The notes beneath the pieces are model-generated. The model was not told the DNA's origin, ran no database searches, and saw nothing but the letters and a program-made list of their open reading frames with translations. Below are positions 9,787 through 20,635 of a stretch of DNA of 64,000 bases, piece after piece; the stretch's first letter is position 1, and each line of letters starts with the position of its first letter. The DNA comes from Sulfolobales archaeon HS-7 (lineage in GTDB: Archaea; Thermoproteota; Thermoprotei_A; Sulfolobales; Sulfolobaceae): assembly GCA_019704295.1 (NCBI GenBank), contig AP024596.1, positions 1,216,001 to 1,280,000 on the forward strand. The letters run 5' to 3'. The translations under genes were made by a program, and so were the position numbers.

Positions 9787-10723
9787 TCTCCCAGCTGTAC
9801 AAATGATATCCCCCTACAGCCACGCCGTTTTGATTGTTAATTTCCATTCCTACCTGTATTGCATCTAAGTAATAGTGCAAAATAGAATCTTTCCATCCCG
9901 CCTTGGATTCTAGAATTACGGACAACTGCTTTAGGGCAATACCCACTGGAATCTCGAATTCGCCTGAATATAAAGGAATTTTAGGGGTAAAAACTACCAG
10001 AGTCCAACCACCCCCACTTACATTTAACACCCAAACATTCCACGAAATGGGAGTCTTCGTACCGTTTATGTAATCAGTTAATGTGATCGAACCAGCGTAT
10101 TGGTAATATGGAGCCCTTGATAGATTTTCCGTATAATACATCCAGAACATGACTTCCAGGTCTCCCTTGGTAATAGAACTCACGTTAGTCCCCGGCTGAG
10201 GTGTCAGCCAAATATCATACGAGAAATCAGTTATACTTCCCCTATACAAAAACAGAGCGTACTTAACAGTGGAAGTGAAGTTTGGCGTTTGCCCCAGAAT
10301 TTCTGGTAAAGGTAACCACGAAACCTCATAGGTCCTGTTTTCGAATGGAAACCACTCCTCTGCTCCATACATGAGTCCTGGATATCCTAATACCGGAGTA
10401 CCTGGAGCAGTTTTCTTTACATTTGTTAGATTTACTAGGACGTAAAAACCCGTTCTGTTATACGTAACTAAAGAGTACCCATTTGCCTCTTCCACGTTCC
10501 ACATGAAGGGTGAGGCAATTAATGAGGCCTCGTTTCCTCTTATGAAGGTAAGTGGGTACCAATAGTATTGATTGCCTATAGCAGTGGCGTTATTTGTTAT
10601 TGCCGGTATTAAAAGGACAGTCTCTTGGGACGAGGAAATTAGCTTGGACTGCCTTGCTTCGAGGTAAAGAAAAGAACTAGCTACTAAGATAACTACTATT
10701 GCAATAATTACTTTACTCCGCAT
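9776..10723 (-). CDS. GH12 endo-beta-glucanase, secreted or membrane-anchored
   Basis: N-terminal hydrophobic segment; PFMWN, GYPGLMYG, SYDIWL, LEVMFW and IQVGME as in Sulfolobales GH12 cellulases. Confidence 0.88.
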   Translation of the reverse strand: MRSKVIIAIVVILVASSFLYLEARQSKLISSSQETVLLIPAITNNATAIGNQYYWYPLTFIRGNEASLIASPFMWNVEEANGYSLVTYNRTGFYVLVNLTNVKKTAPGTPVLGYPGLMYGAEEWFPFENRTYEVSWLPLPEILGQTPNFTSTVKYALFLYRGSITDFSYDIWLTPQPGTNVSSITKGDLEVMFWMYYTENLSRAPYYQYAGSITLTDYINGTKTPISWNVWVLNVSGGGWTLVVFTPKIPLYSGEFEIPVGIALKQLSVILESKAGWKDSILHYYLDAIQVGMEINNQNGVAVGGYHLYSWEISE

Positions 10724-10726
10724 ATC

Positions 10727-11527
10727 TCAGTCAATCCTAGTGTATGGGTTTGGTACGACTTTTGTTAACAATTTCGTGTATTCATTTTGTGGGTTCGTTA
10801 TAACCCTTTCAACGTCACCCTCCTCAACTATTCTTCCTTGTTTGACTACGTATACCCTGTCAGCTACATATCCAATAGTCGCTATATCATGGGTAATGTA
10901 CATTATTGATATCCCCTTTTCATCTCTAAGTCTCTTGAAGAGCTCTAACAAGGACGCTCTTATTGACGCGTCCACGTTTGAGACAGGTTCATCCGCTACC
11001 AGAACCTTTGGATTTAGGGCGAGAACTCTTGCCAAGTACACTCTCTGCCTCTGCCCACCAGAAAGCTGGAAAGGATATTTATACAGGAATTCCTCTGGAG
11101 GGGAAAGCGATACCTCCTTGAGGAGTTCGACGACCCTCTCCTCTATATCTCCGTTATATTTGTATAATTTAAGGGGCCTCTCAATATGCCACTTAACTGT
11201 GTGGGTAGGATCTAGTGAAGAATAGGGATCTTGAAACACCAGATTGACATCAGCCCTATATCTCCTAAGTTCCTTCTTGCTCATTTTCGTTACGTCAAGT
11301 CCCATTGGATAATACATTATACTTCCCTTTGTTGGCTTAAGTAATCCGACAATCATCCACGCGATTACCGTTTTTCCTCCCCCGCTCCCTCCTACCATTC
11401 CAACTATTTCATTCTCCCTTATTTCCATATTTACGTCCCATATACCAGGTCTGTGTTCTTTCCTGAGTAAACCAGTCCTAACGATAAAGTCTTTGTAGAC
11501 GTGAATTAACTCGATTAGTTTACTCAT
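10727..11527 (-). CDS. Opp/Dpp-family ABC transporter ATP-binding subunit (DppF-like)
   Basis: GGSGGGKT, FQDP, LSGGQRQR, ADEP, ITHD. Confidence 0.93.
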   Translation of the reverse strand: MSKLIELIHVYKDFIVRTGLLRKEHRPGIWDVNMEIRENEIVGMVGGSGGGKTVIAWMIVGLLKPTKGSIMYYPMGLDVTKMSKKELRRYRADVNLVFQDPYSSLDPTHTVKWHIERPLKLYKYNGDIEERVVELLKEVSLSPPEEFLYKYPFQLSGGQRQRVYLARVLALNPKVLVADEPVSNVDASIRASLLELFKRLRDEKGISIMYITHDIATIGYVADRVYVVKQGRIVEEGDVERVITNPQNEYTKLLTKVVPNPYTRID

Positions 11528-12527
11528 AGATCTTCTTCACCTCCTTTTTCCACTCGGGATATCTACTACATATGTAAAATCCGTATTGATCGTAACTCAC
11601 CTTTTCCGGAGGGACCTCCCTGCACGTATCTGTAGCGAAAGGACATCTTGATGAGAATACGCATCCCTTGGGATACCTTCCGAAACCCTCAAAGTCCCCA
11701 GGAATTCGCGGTAGTTTTTTGCCCCTTGATGTTATCGTAGGTACGCTATGTAAAAGTAGGTATGTATAAGGATTATAAGCGTCTTCAAGCAGGGTCTCAT
11801 AGCTGCCGTATTCCAATACCTGTCCTCCATACATAACTGCTATATAGTCCGATATCTGAAACAGCATTGCGATATCGTGACTTATGATCAGGAGGGATAA
11901 ACTCTTCTCCTTCTGAAGTCTCTTTATTAGCTTAAGTATTTCATGTTGAACGACCACGTCAAGACCTGTTGTAGGTTCGTCCATTATGACTATTCTCGGA
12001 TCAAGAATCAATGAAACGGCTATTACTACCCTTTGTCGCATTCCTCCTGACAATTGAAACGGATACATGTCCAAAACCTGTTTATCTGAGAACCCGACGT
12101 CCTCCAGAGCTCTGTAAATCACGTTAATATTAGAGTAGTAATCCATACCCCTTGATTTTAAGACATCGAAGAATATCTCCTTAACCTTGCGTATGGGATT
12201 TAAGGAGTTCTGGGCAGCTTGAGGTACAAAAGAGATCAATTTCCCTCGTATCTCGTTCACCTGTTCGTTGTCCATTGAGAGCACGTCATACTTACCGTCT
12301 ACTATTATGCTCCCCGATTCGACTAACATAGGGGGATTTATGAATTTCATAATGGCCGAGGCAAGTGTCGATTTCCCGGAACCTGATTCCCCAGCTATTC
12401 CCGTTATTTTGTTTGACGGGATATCAATGGTTACATTCCTTAGTACTGTGGTAAGTCCAGAGTCGGATATATACCCGACTCGGAGTCCCCTAACTGATAT
12501 TGCCGGTTCCGTCACCATTATCACCAT
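11520..12527 (-). CDS. Opp/Dpp-family ABC transporter ATP-binding subunit (DppD-like)
   Basis: GESGSGKS, LSGGMRQR, MDEPTTGLD and C-terminal GCVFSSRCP. Confidence 0.93.
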   Translation of the reverse strand: MVIMVTEPAISVRGLRVGYISDSGLTTVLRNVTIDIPSNKITGIAGESGSGKSTLASAIMKFINPPMLVESGSIIVDGKYDVLSMDNEQVNEIRGKLISFVPQAAQNSLNPIRKVKEIFFDVLKSRGMDYYSNINVIYRALEDVGFSDKQVLDMYPFQLSGGMRQRVVIAVSLILDPRIVIMDEPTTGLDVVVQHEILKLIKRLQKEKSLSLLIISHDIAMLFQISDYIAVMYGGQVLEYGSYETLLEDAYNPYTYLLLHSVPTITSRGKKLPRIPGDFEGFGRYPKGCVFSSRCPFATDTCREVPPEKVSYDQYGFYICSRYPEWKKEVKKIYE

Positions 12528-13482
12528 TATTTTCTTTAATTTGTTTATAATATTTCTTTATATTCCACTCCCTTAATTTTGGATTAGCTACTCTATCTAT
12601 GCCCCTGTTTATTAAAGCAAATGAAAGGGCAACGAGACCAATCATTAGTCCTGGTGGGACGTACCACCACCACAGACCCCTTAAGTAGGCCTCTCCTCCG
12701 AGGGACCAGTAGAGCATCGTCCCCCAATTCACTTGAGTTAAACTTCCAAGCCCGAAGTAGTATATGAAGGTTAATCCCGCGATACCGTAAATTGCTGTAA
12801 AGAAGAAATTCGAAGCTATAAAGGGAAGGTTATTAGGAATGATTTGTTGAAATATAACGTTCATTTTAGATTCCCCTATAAGCTCTGAGGAAAGTATGTA
12901 CTCCTTCCTTCTAGTGGAGAGTACAAGGGATCGTAATACACGGGCACCCCACGCCCAACCGGTGGCTGACAGCGCCCCCAGAATTACAAAGTAGCCTAGC
13001 TTTATGGAAATTGCACCGAGATATGCCCCTATTAATTCGATGATGAGAATTCCCGGTATTATGAGAAATATTTGCGTAATTCCACTCAATATTCTGTCCA
13101 CTATCGTGTCGGCATAAAGACCTGCGGTAATTCCGACTAAAATAGCTATAAATGTTCCTATGAGACCAGTTAATATCCCTACTGCTATTACGGGAAAACC
13201 TCCCACTAATAGCTGGGAGAATACGTCCTGTCCGTAATCAGTCGTTCCGAGTAGATGCTGGAAAGATGGAGGTAGATCTCTCGGAAAGCTAGTCTGATTG
13301 GGGTTATAGGGGGTATAGAAAACCCCAATAGTACAGAAGACAATTATACCTAGAAGAAGGTAAAGTCCTACACGCGATATCCTCTGTTCCCATATACCCT
13401 GTAAAAGACTGTAAAACGCACTTTGTTTATCCACGTTAATCCTGAATCTCCTCTCTCTTTGTTTAGTTCTACTTACGCCCAT
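12490..13482 (-). CDS. Opp/Dpp-family ABC permease (DppC-like)
   Basis: HLLGTTDYGQDVFSQ, EAA-like loop, WWWYVPPG, multiple TM segments. Confidence 0.92.
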   Translation of the reverse strand: MGVSRTKQRERRFRINVDKQSAFYSLLQGIWEQRISRVGLYLLLGIIVFCTIGVFYTPYNPNQTSFPRDLPPSFQHLLGTTDYGQDVFSQLLVGGFPVIAVGILTGLIGTFIAILVGITAGLYADTIVDRILSGITQIFLIIPGILIIELIGAYLGAISIKLGYFVILGALSATGWAWGARVLRSLVLSTRRKEYILSSELIGESKMNVIFQQIIPNNLPFIASNFFFTAIYGIAGLTFIYYFGLGSLTQVNWGTMLYWSLGGEAYLRGLWWWYVPPGLMIGLVALSFALINRGIDRVANPKLREWNIKKYYKQIKENNGDNGDGTGNIS

Positions 13483-14513
13483 TATACTCCCTCAGTCTCC
13501 TCATGACTAGTTCTAGGGTCTATCATTCCATAAACGATATCTGCAACGAAATTACTTAGAACCATTGCGGTAACGAGCATGAAGAATATTCCATTTAATA
13601 ACGGATAATCTAATGCGGTAATCGCTTCGTTAAAGAAATATCCTAAGCCAGCGTAATTGAAAAGGAGTTCGATTGCTATCGCACCTAGCACAGAGTAACC
13701 AAGAGCTATGGAGAAGCTAGTGAAGTTGGGTAGTAGTGCTAACCTGTAGGCTTTTTGTGATACCTGTTTCTCTGGAACACCCATAAGCCTGTAATAGTTC
13801 ATGTAGTCTTCCTGAAGTATTGGGATCATGTTATTTCTCATTCCCATTACCCATCCTGCCAATGAAAATGCGATCAGAGTTATTACTGGTAGCATTGCAT
13901 GATAAACAACTGACCAAATAAAGGGTAATGAGAATTCCGGCCTAATGAACTTGAAAGTGTTATACTGACTACCCAAAGGAAATATGTGAGCGTCAACCGC
14001 TAGAAACTCTATGAGAATTTCTCCCGTAACGAATACTGGAAATGTGTAAAGGAACATTGTGCCTCCAACAATGAGGTAATCCTTTATGCCGCCTCGAGAT
14101 AGAGCTGCAGTTCTCCCCAAAATGTTTCCAATGAAGAAGGCTCCTACAACTGCAGGGATTACTATCGCAAAAGTCCAAGGAGCAGCCTCCTCTATTATTT
14201 GAGAGACGGGCACAGGAAACTCCAAGAGAGAGGGACCGAAATTAAGCTGTATAATATCTTTAAGGAAATCGAAATATTGAATGTAAAGCGGCGTGTGGTA
14301 GTATTGTGACAACCCAAGTTGCTGAACAAGAATCTCTATTTCTTGTTGAACGTTATTCCCATACGCTGATGCCGCTGCTCCTATTCTACCGTAAATTATC
14401 GTTCCTAAAACACTCCCAGGAATAAGACGAGGCAAAATGAAATCAATAGATATGCCGACAAACCAAATGATTATATAATATATACCTCTCTTTATTAGGT
14501 ACTCCTTTTTCAT
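13482..14513 (-). CDS. Opp/Dpp-family ABC permease (DppB-like)
   Basis: PRLIPG, PLYIQY, NFGPS, ELLFNYAGLG, DYPLL, IDPR. Confidence 0.92.
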   Translation of the reverse strand: MKKEYLIKRGIYYIIIWFVGISIDFILPRLIPGSVLGTIIYGRIGAAASAYGNNVQQEIEILVQQLGLSQYYHTPLYIQYFDFLKDIIQLNFGPSLLEFPVPVSQIIEEAAPWTFAIVIPAVVGAFFIGNILGRTAALSRGGIKDYLIVGGTMFLYTFPVFVTGEILIEFLAVDAHIFPLGSQYNTFKFIRPEFSLPFIWSVVYHAMLPVITLIAFSLAGWVMGMRNNMIPILQEDYMNYYRLMGVPEKQVSQKAYRLALLPNFTSFSIALGYSVLGAIAIELLFNYAGLGYFFNEAITALDYPLLNGIFFMLVTAMVLSNFVADIVYGMIDPRTSHEETEGV

Positions 14514-14764
14514 TAAGTATAGTATGCAGTTATAACTATATAAATATTAACTACTCAATAAGTTCTAAATTCAGTTGAGAATTATCAGATATTACCTCGA
14601 GAATGTACGCTGATCAATTACGTAATATTTAATTAAATGAGGATAACTGGTGGCTGTTCCTTCTCCCCTTGTATAATTATATAATTCATGGAGATATGTA
14701 ATATAAGTATTTGCATAAAGTTTAAATAGTCATGATAGATGAAGAAATTAGATAAGGTGAAGAT

Positions 14765-16837
14765 ATGAGTATAGAACTCAACTTAAAGAAAATGGTTTCT
14801 CTGTTTTTAGCAATATTGATGGTAATGGGATTCGGAATAATGCTGACGCCAGTTTTAGCCCAAAGTTCAACATCAACGACGCAGCCAGAGGGTAGTATAA
14901 CAATACTGGGTTCACCAGGCGAAGTGTGGCAAGATAACTTCAATCCATGGAGTGCTCCAGCCTTACCAGGCGGCTTAATTTACTTTATTTACGAACCGTT
15001 GGCACTGGTTAACCCGCTAAGTGGGCAAGTAATCCCATGGTTAGCAACTAATTGGTCGTGGACTTCTGGGTACGTTTACGTTAATAACTCAGGAAACTTA
15101 ACCAAAGTTCCTACAAGAGCCATTATAGTAAATCTGAGGGAAAACGTAACATTTAGCAATGGTGTTCCCTTTAATGCTACAGCAGTTTGGTACACAGTTG
15201 CCCTTGAACAGGCATATCCTCAATTGGGATATTTAGCTGGAACAGTAGCTAACATCACAATATTAGGACCGTACAGTATTGAGATAATATTCAATCCAAA
15301 TCAGGGGCCAATAACTCTTTACACACTGCTTAGGCAATTTATAGTAGATCCCTATCAGTGGGGTGCAATATTTCCACTCAAGCAACTTCCTAATGGTACT
15401 ATTGTGGCACTGAATCAAACTGGAAACCCATACAGATATCCTAATACCGATCCGATAGGCACAGGTCCATATGTGTTATACAGTTTTACCCCGCAGGAAA
15501 TAGTTCTAGCTGCTAACCCGCATTACTGGATGCCGGGAGAACCACGTATTAAGTATTTATACTACCCATCATATCCGAGCAACGTTCAGGCAGACACTGC
15601 TCTCAACAACGGTCAGATCACTTGGGGTGGAATTTTCGAACCTAACATTCAGCAAGATTTTACTTCTAAGAATCCTCAATATTACCACTACTATTTTGAA
15701 CCCCAAGTACCGGTTATGCTAACTTTTAACGATTTGATGTGGCCTTTATCTGATCCAGTGCTTCGTCAAGCGATAAGCTTAGCGATCAATAGAACTGCCA
15801 TATATTACCTCGGCGAGTACGGATATGAACTACCCTCGGCAACACCCCTTCCAATACCACAACAACAACTATATGTTCTTAACTCGACTGTCCTCAAGCT
15901 GGCGGAACAATTCGCTCCTCCTGACGGTAACGTTTCAGCCGCACTTCAACTGTTAAAGAGTCACGGATTTTCTCTAAATTCACAGGGGCAATTGGTAGCT
16001 CCTAACGGCACCGTTGTACCTCCACTTACAATAATCACAGTCGCAGGATGGACTGATTGGGATGCTGATCTGACGTTGATATCTCAACAATTAAAACAGA
16101 TAGGTCTGACCGTAAACGTGGAAACACCACCGTTTTCGGTTTGGTTTAGCGACATGGAGACAGGACACTACGACATGGCTATTGCATGGGATTTAGTAAG
16201 TGGTCCTACCCCGATTGAAGAGTTAGAGGGCTACCTATACAACTACTGGAATTCCCCCGGCAATGTTACGCCTATAGGAAACTCAACTTACTATAACTGG
16301 GAGAGGTTTAACCTATCCGTTGTATCCCCCTCTTTTGAACAGATGGTACAGTGGGCATGGAATAATTTCAGTGTAAACCAGACTGCATATGACAACATTA
16401 TAAATAGACTTGCATTACTCTGGATCCAATACATGCCCTCAGTAGGATTAGTCTATAGTGCATATTGGTACGAATACATTAACTCAACTGTAGTCGGATG
16501 GCCGAACGCCCAAAACCCCTATTGGTTAGGATCTCCTTACAATGGACTGCCTGAGACGGAGCTTCCAGTAGTCCTCGCTCTTCACTTAGTAAATCAGTCG
16601 GTACCAATGCCTTGGTGGTACTATACCTCTCAGGTACCGAAAAGCTGGTACACTTCGAGCAATCCGTTCGTGGTATCTCCCACAACTACTACCCCAGTCT
16701 CAACAACTACTACTTCAATGACTACTCCGCAGTCAACTACGACTCATCCAACAAATAATACGATTATATACGTGGTCGTAGCTATTGTAATCATCGTTGT
16801 GATAGCGGCTGCTGTATTAGTAATGAGAAGAAAATAA
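14765..16837 (+). CDS. Family 5 extracellular solute-binding protein (likely oligosaccharide-binding), with S/T-rich linker and C-terminal membrane anchor
   Basis: Class I signal peptide; NFNP, IYEPL, PWLA, IGTGPY; Thr/Ser-rich linker, TM and RRK; divergent from the permease operon. Confidence 0.9.
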   Translation: MSIELNLKKMVSLFLAILMVMGFGIMLTPVLAQSSTSTTQPEGSITILGSPGEVWQDNFNPWSAPALPGGLIYFIYEPLALVNPLSGQVIPWLATNWSWTSGYVYVNNSGNLTKVPTRAIIVNLRENVTFSNGVPFNATAVWYTVALEQAYPQLGYLAGTVANITILGPYSIEIIFNPNQGPITLYTLLRQFIVDPYQWGAIFPLKQLPNGTIVALNQTGNPYRYPNTDPIGTGPYVLYSFTPQEIVLAANPHYWMPGEPRIKYLYYPSYPSNVQADTALNNGQITWGGIFEPNIQQDFTSKNPQYYHYYFEPQVPVMLTFNDLMWPLSDPVLRQAISLAINRTAIYYLGEYGYELPSATPLPIPQQQLYVLNSTVLKLAEQFAPPDGNVSAALQLLKSHGFSLNSQGQLVAPNGTVVPPLTIITVAGWTDWDADLTLISQQLKQIGLTVNVETPPFSVWFSDMETGHYDMAIAWDLVSGPTPIEELEGYLYNYWNSPGNVTPIGNSTYYNWERFNLSVVSPSFEQMVQWAWNNFSVNQTAYDNIINRLALLWIQYMPSVGLVYSAYWYEYINSTVVGWPNAQNPYWLGSPYNGLPETELPVVLALHLVNQSVPMPWWYYTSQVPKSWYTSSNPFVVSPTTTTPVSTTTTSMTTPQSTTTHPTNNTIIYVVVAIVIIVVIAAAVLVMRRK

Positions 16838-16955
16838 AATTAAGAATATAAGTTAATATTTTTTATTATTGCTATTTTTATCCCATTAGGTTAACTCAAT
16901 CCTCAGGTTTTTCAGGATTATATACGCTTATATACTCGTTCTCAAAAAGTATACT

Positions 16956-17192
16956 ATGCCGTTAATAACTGTTAAAGTAGGGGAGGAGTTAAAGAGGAAA
17001 ATGGAAAAATACCCAGAGATCAATTGGAGTGAAGTTATTAGAAGATCAATAGAAGAGGAATTAAGGCATCTGTCAGGTAAGGATATAGCAAAGGCGGTTC
17101 TACTAACTGAGAAAAACAAGTTCAAGCCCGATGTAGATTTGGTAACTGCCAAGGAGGCAAGGAAATGGAGATCGTTATTGACGCCTCGATAG
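16956..17192 (+). CDS. vapB: VapB-type antitoxin (RHH)
   Basis: ELKRKM...INWSEVIRR; overlaps the downstream PIN gene. Confidence 0.8.
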   Translation: MPLITVKVGEELKRKMEKYPEINWSEVIRRSIEEELRHLSGKDIAKAVLLTEKNKFKPDVDLVTAKEARKWRSLLTPR

Positions 17193-17578
17193 TCTACCGT
17201 TGGTATGCAATTGACGATTATAGCGACTTGGCTATAAGAATAAGGGACGATCATCTTGAAGGTAAATTCGAACTATCTTCCCTAAATATCATGCCCTATG
17301 AAGTCCTGGAAACCATTAGATTCCTAGCTAGTAGCGTCCAGGAGAGTAAATTAAAGGATATTGGAGAGAGTATATACCTGTATGGGATAAAAATGCACTC
17401 GTTTAATGAGGTTTACGAATTGGCTTGCTCTATTTCGTTTGCAGAGGGAATAACTATTCTCGATTCAAGTTACTTAGCGCTTGCGATAAAGCTAAAAACG
17501 AAGTTATATACAGTTAATGAAGCATACAGGGATTTACGGGAAAAGTACAGTGAGAATCTAAATTTTATAACCCTTTAA
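17165..17578 (+). CDS. vapC: VapC PIN-domain toxin
   Basis: VIDAS, YEV, TILDSSYLALA. Confidence 0.85.
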   Translation: MEIVIDASIVYRWYAIDDYSDLAIRIRDDHLEGKFELSSLNIMPYEVLETIRFLASSVQESKLKDIGESIYLYGIKMHSFNEVYELACSISFAEGITILDSSYLALAIKLKTKLYTVNEAYRDLREKYSENLNFITL

Positions 17579-17608
17579 TGTGATGGTATATAATCGTATA
17601 TACGACCC

Positions 17609-18796
17609 TCACAAGGTACTGGCGAATTTCTTGATTGCCTCTAAATCGGCATTTGCAACGGTTTCCCACGATGATCGCAATTCTAAAAATTTATCCGTAT
17701 TGTTGTCGATGAACCATTCCTTATTCAGAACCTTGAGAGTAATGTCAGCTATGTCTCCTATGTTATCTTCCTGAACCCTGAGCACGTCCTTCACTCCAGA
17801 ATAGATCTCCCTAGTTGCCTCAATGTCATATGTAGTTACTGGCGTTCCTGCGGCTAAGGACTCTAATATTACCAGGGAGAAACTGTCGTAATGTGAGGGA
17901 TACACCGTTACTTTGCCTTTCGAGATATAGCGATACAATTCGGTTCCCTCTTTGTAACCTAAATACTCCACGTTTACGTTCAATCTTCTAACGGACTTCT
18001 CGAATACGTCTCTATCGTATTCGGAGGAGAAGTTTCCAAATACGTAAATCCTATAATCTCTCTTCTGGTTAACTCTCTTCCATATTCTAGGTATTTCGAA
18101 TATCCCTTTCTCCGGTATTAGCCGGGTGAAGTAAACTGCGTAATCCTCTTTTTCCTCACTCCTCAATCTTGTGATATAGGAATCAAATGCATTACTGGGT
18201 ACTGTAACTCTGTAGGGGATCATCTCATCTAATCCAGATAATTTAACTGGAGTTTCAGAGACGGAGATTACGAAGTTCAGCATCCTCTCCTTTATGACGT
18301 GTAACCAGCGAGTTCTCTGGTACTCAGAGTCCTTTACCGCTTCTGAAAACGCCTTAAGCGCCCTGGGAAGAGGGCCACGAAATTTTATTTTGAATAGCGT
18401 CCCATAGTCCTTGTAAAAAGGTTGAAGTTGAAGTTGGAGACATAGCGGTTTATTTTCAACTATCGAATGGGCGAAGATAATTTCCTCTGATGAATTGCTG
18501 TAGATACTTGCTATGGTTGATTCCCTAGAGACCTTACGGTAAATATCGGTTATCCTCTCCAACTCCATCCCTTCTCCTATCGCATCAATAACTTCCCCAT
18601 AAACTCCCACATCCCTAAGTTCCTTAATCTTGCTGCTAATTCCTTCATGTTGATTTAAAAAGATCTTTAAATTCCTTAACGAAGGTAATACGACTACGTC
18701 GTCGCGTTTAGCTAACCGTTTTGACACCTCTAAGTTCCTTTTATATCCCCCCGTATTTTCGATGATTCCAAAGTCGATAAATAACGTAACTTTCAA
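17609..18796 (-). CDS. GT4-family glycosyltransferase
   Basis: RLIPEKG and YPSHYDSFSLVILESLAAGTPV. Confidence 0.9.
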   Translation of the reverse strand: MKVTLFIDFGIIENTGGYKRNLEVSKRLAKRDDVVVLPSLRNLKIFLNQHEGISSKIKELRDVGVYGEVIDAIGEGMELERITDIYRKVSRESTIASIYSNSSEEIIFAHSIVENKPLCLQLQLQPFYKDYGTLFKIKFRGPLPRALKAFSEAVKDSEYQRTRWLHVIKERMLNFVISVSETPVKLSGLDEMIPYRVTVPSNAFDSYITRLRSEEKEDYAVYFTRLIPEKGIFEIPRIWKRVNQKRDYRIYVFGNFSSEYDRDVFEKSVRRLNVNVEYLGYKEGTELYRYISKGKVTVYPSHYDSFSLVILESLAAGTPVTTYDIEATREIYSGVKDVLRVQEDNIGDIADITLKVLNKEWFIDNNTDKFLELRSSWETVANADLEAIKKFASTL

Positions 18797-19279
18797 TTTA
18801 CTCAGTAATTGATTTTGCCTAAGTTTAAAAAGGCCTTATACAACATTTTTATAATCACTTTAAATTGCTCTAATTCCGTCGACCTGTTAGGTAATAGCGG
18901 TATATACTGATCTATTATTTGGGATATATGTTATTTTATAAAATTATAAGAATAAAAACTATATAATCAGCACTTATCTCCTTGGGGGAGTTCTCAAGTG
19001 AAATAACCCCAATAGCGTAATTCAATCAGAACGTTCCCTTTTAGTAATAAAAGACATTAATCTTTACTCATTTGTTTTAATTTAAGTTATTCTCAGATTT
19101 AAGAGTTTAATTTATACTTCATAACCCCTAACCCAATTTCGATCATTGAACAGCCCCTTAGCATTCACGACCTTTTAGTTGGTAATTTATTCCCATTCCC
19201 TCATTAACTAGCAATCATTACACGCTTTCACACACTTTCTGTGTAACCAAGGCTTACGTATTTTCTCACAATTCTTAAT

Positions 19280-19903
19280 TCATAGCTTTACCATCACGTA
19301 GTTAAAACCCAGATATGCAAATAGGAACGGTATCAGAAAGATTTCGTCAAGACCTAAGGCTACCTCACCTATCCACAATGTGCCCAAGCTAAAAAGCAAT
19401 GCTGATAGGACGAACTTCAACTGTGGAACCCTGATTCTTCCAACCTGAGATTTCAGCGTTCCCGTTAATACTGTGGTTACTATTGCAGCAAGGACAGTTC
19501 CCAATAGGGTGGAGTAATAACTTTGAGGCAGTAACGCAAGGAGAACGAGGGCCGCCTCTAATCCTTCAACAGCTGAGACCGCGAAAACAACCGAAAGTCC
19601 CTCCTCCTTTTCCTCTCTGGCTCTTATAAGATGCTTAAAAGACCTCCTCGCACTTCTCAAAAGCCTGTATCCGAAGTAAAATAAAATTACCGAGGAGGCC
19701 AGTAATACGTAATTGATCGGCACTAGGTAAATTAGTCTGCCAATGGTAAACGTTGGGATCAGCACTAGGGCAACGCCGGCTATAGCGTAAATGAATGGAA
19801 GCTTACTTTTGTGTATATTATGGTAAATGGCTGCTATCGCCCCAGCTTCCGTCAGCTCCAAAAGTGAAAACGCGAAGGATGTAATGAAAACTCCTACGTC
19901 CAT
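19280..19903 (-). CDS. Integral membrane protein (COG4280 / LysE-superfamily-like, two ExxE-containing halves)
   Basis: LLELTEA and VEGLEA in duplicated TM halves. Confidence 0.6.
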   Translation of the reverse strand: MDVGVFITSFAFSLLELTEAGAIAAIYHNIHKSKLPFIYAIAGVALVLIPTFTIGRLIYLVPINYVLLASSVILFYFGYRLLRSARRSFKHLIRAREEKEEGLSVVFAVSAVEGLEAALVLLALLPQSYYSTLLGTVLAAIVTTVLTGTLKSQVGRIRVPQLKFVLSALLFSLGTLWIGEVALGLDEIFLIPFLFAYLGFNYVMVKL

Positions 19904-19998
19904 AGCGGTTATATCTTCTTGAAGAGGAAATAAATTTAACCACGTCTTAAAGATGTTCCTCCACTCTTATATTTTGAATTAAAAATCTATATAACCAG

Positions 19999-20592
19999 AT
20001 GTTGACAATATATAGTATGAACGTTATTATTGCTCCTCATCCTGATGATGAAACCATATGCTGCGGAGGATTGATAGTAGATCTTCTAAAGCAACGTAAA
20101 CCTGTACACGTCATTTTCGTAACCGATGGAAGATTTGGATCGAAAAATCCAAGCCTAAGGGGAAGTAATATCTTAGTGAATTTAAGGAAGGAAGAGGCTA
20201 GAAGGGCGACGAGCGTTCTCGGGTTAGAGGAAAGAAATCTTACGTTTCTCGATTTTCCCGATAAGGGCGTCTCAAACAATATTGCAGTGAAAAAGAGGAT
20301 TACCGAACTCTTGAACGAATTAAAACCCGACGCTGTCTTCTATCCTGAGAGTACTGATTTACATGAGGATCACAGTTCGATCGGTGTGTTCGTTGACGAA
20401 ATCGTAGGTAATTTCGGAAGATATAGATATATAGTGTGGGGAGAGAAAAAAGGAGTCCCTAAACTTGCTCTCGACATTACCAAGTACTATGGGAGAAAGC
20501 TGGCTGCCCTGTTTCAATATTCGACTCAGTTAGGAGGTTTACCCCCCCAGATCTGGGGTAATATCGTATCAAGAAGGGAGATCTTTTACTAA
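19999..20592 (+). CDS. PIG-L/LmbE-family deacetylase
   Basis: APHPDDE, VTDG, RKEEA, HEDH, YSTQ. Confidence 0.9.
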   Translation: MLTIYSMNVIIAPHPDDETICCGGLIVDLLKQRKPVHVIFVTDGRFGSKNPSLRGSNILVNLRKEEARRATSVLGLEERNLTFLDFPDKGVSNNIAVKKRITELLNELKPDAVFYPESTDLHEDHSSIGVFVDEIVGNFGRYRYIVWGEKKGVPKLALDITKYYGRKLAALFQYSTQLGGLPPQIWGNIVSRREIFY

Positions 20593-20635
20593 AACTTAGT
20601 ACAAAATATTAAAAAGTGGTATAATACCTAATACT

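Noticed and set aside
10740-12576. Plus-strand ORFs of 161 and 102 aa
   Set aside because: Antisense to well-supported ABC ATPase genes
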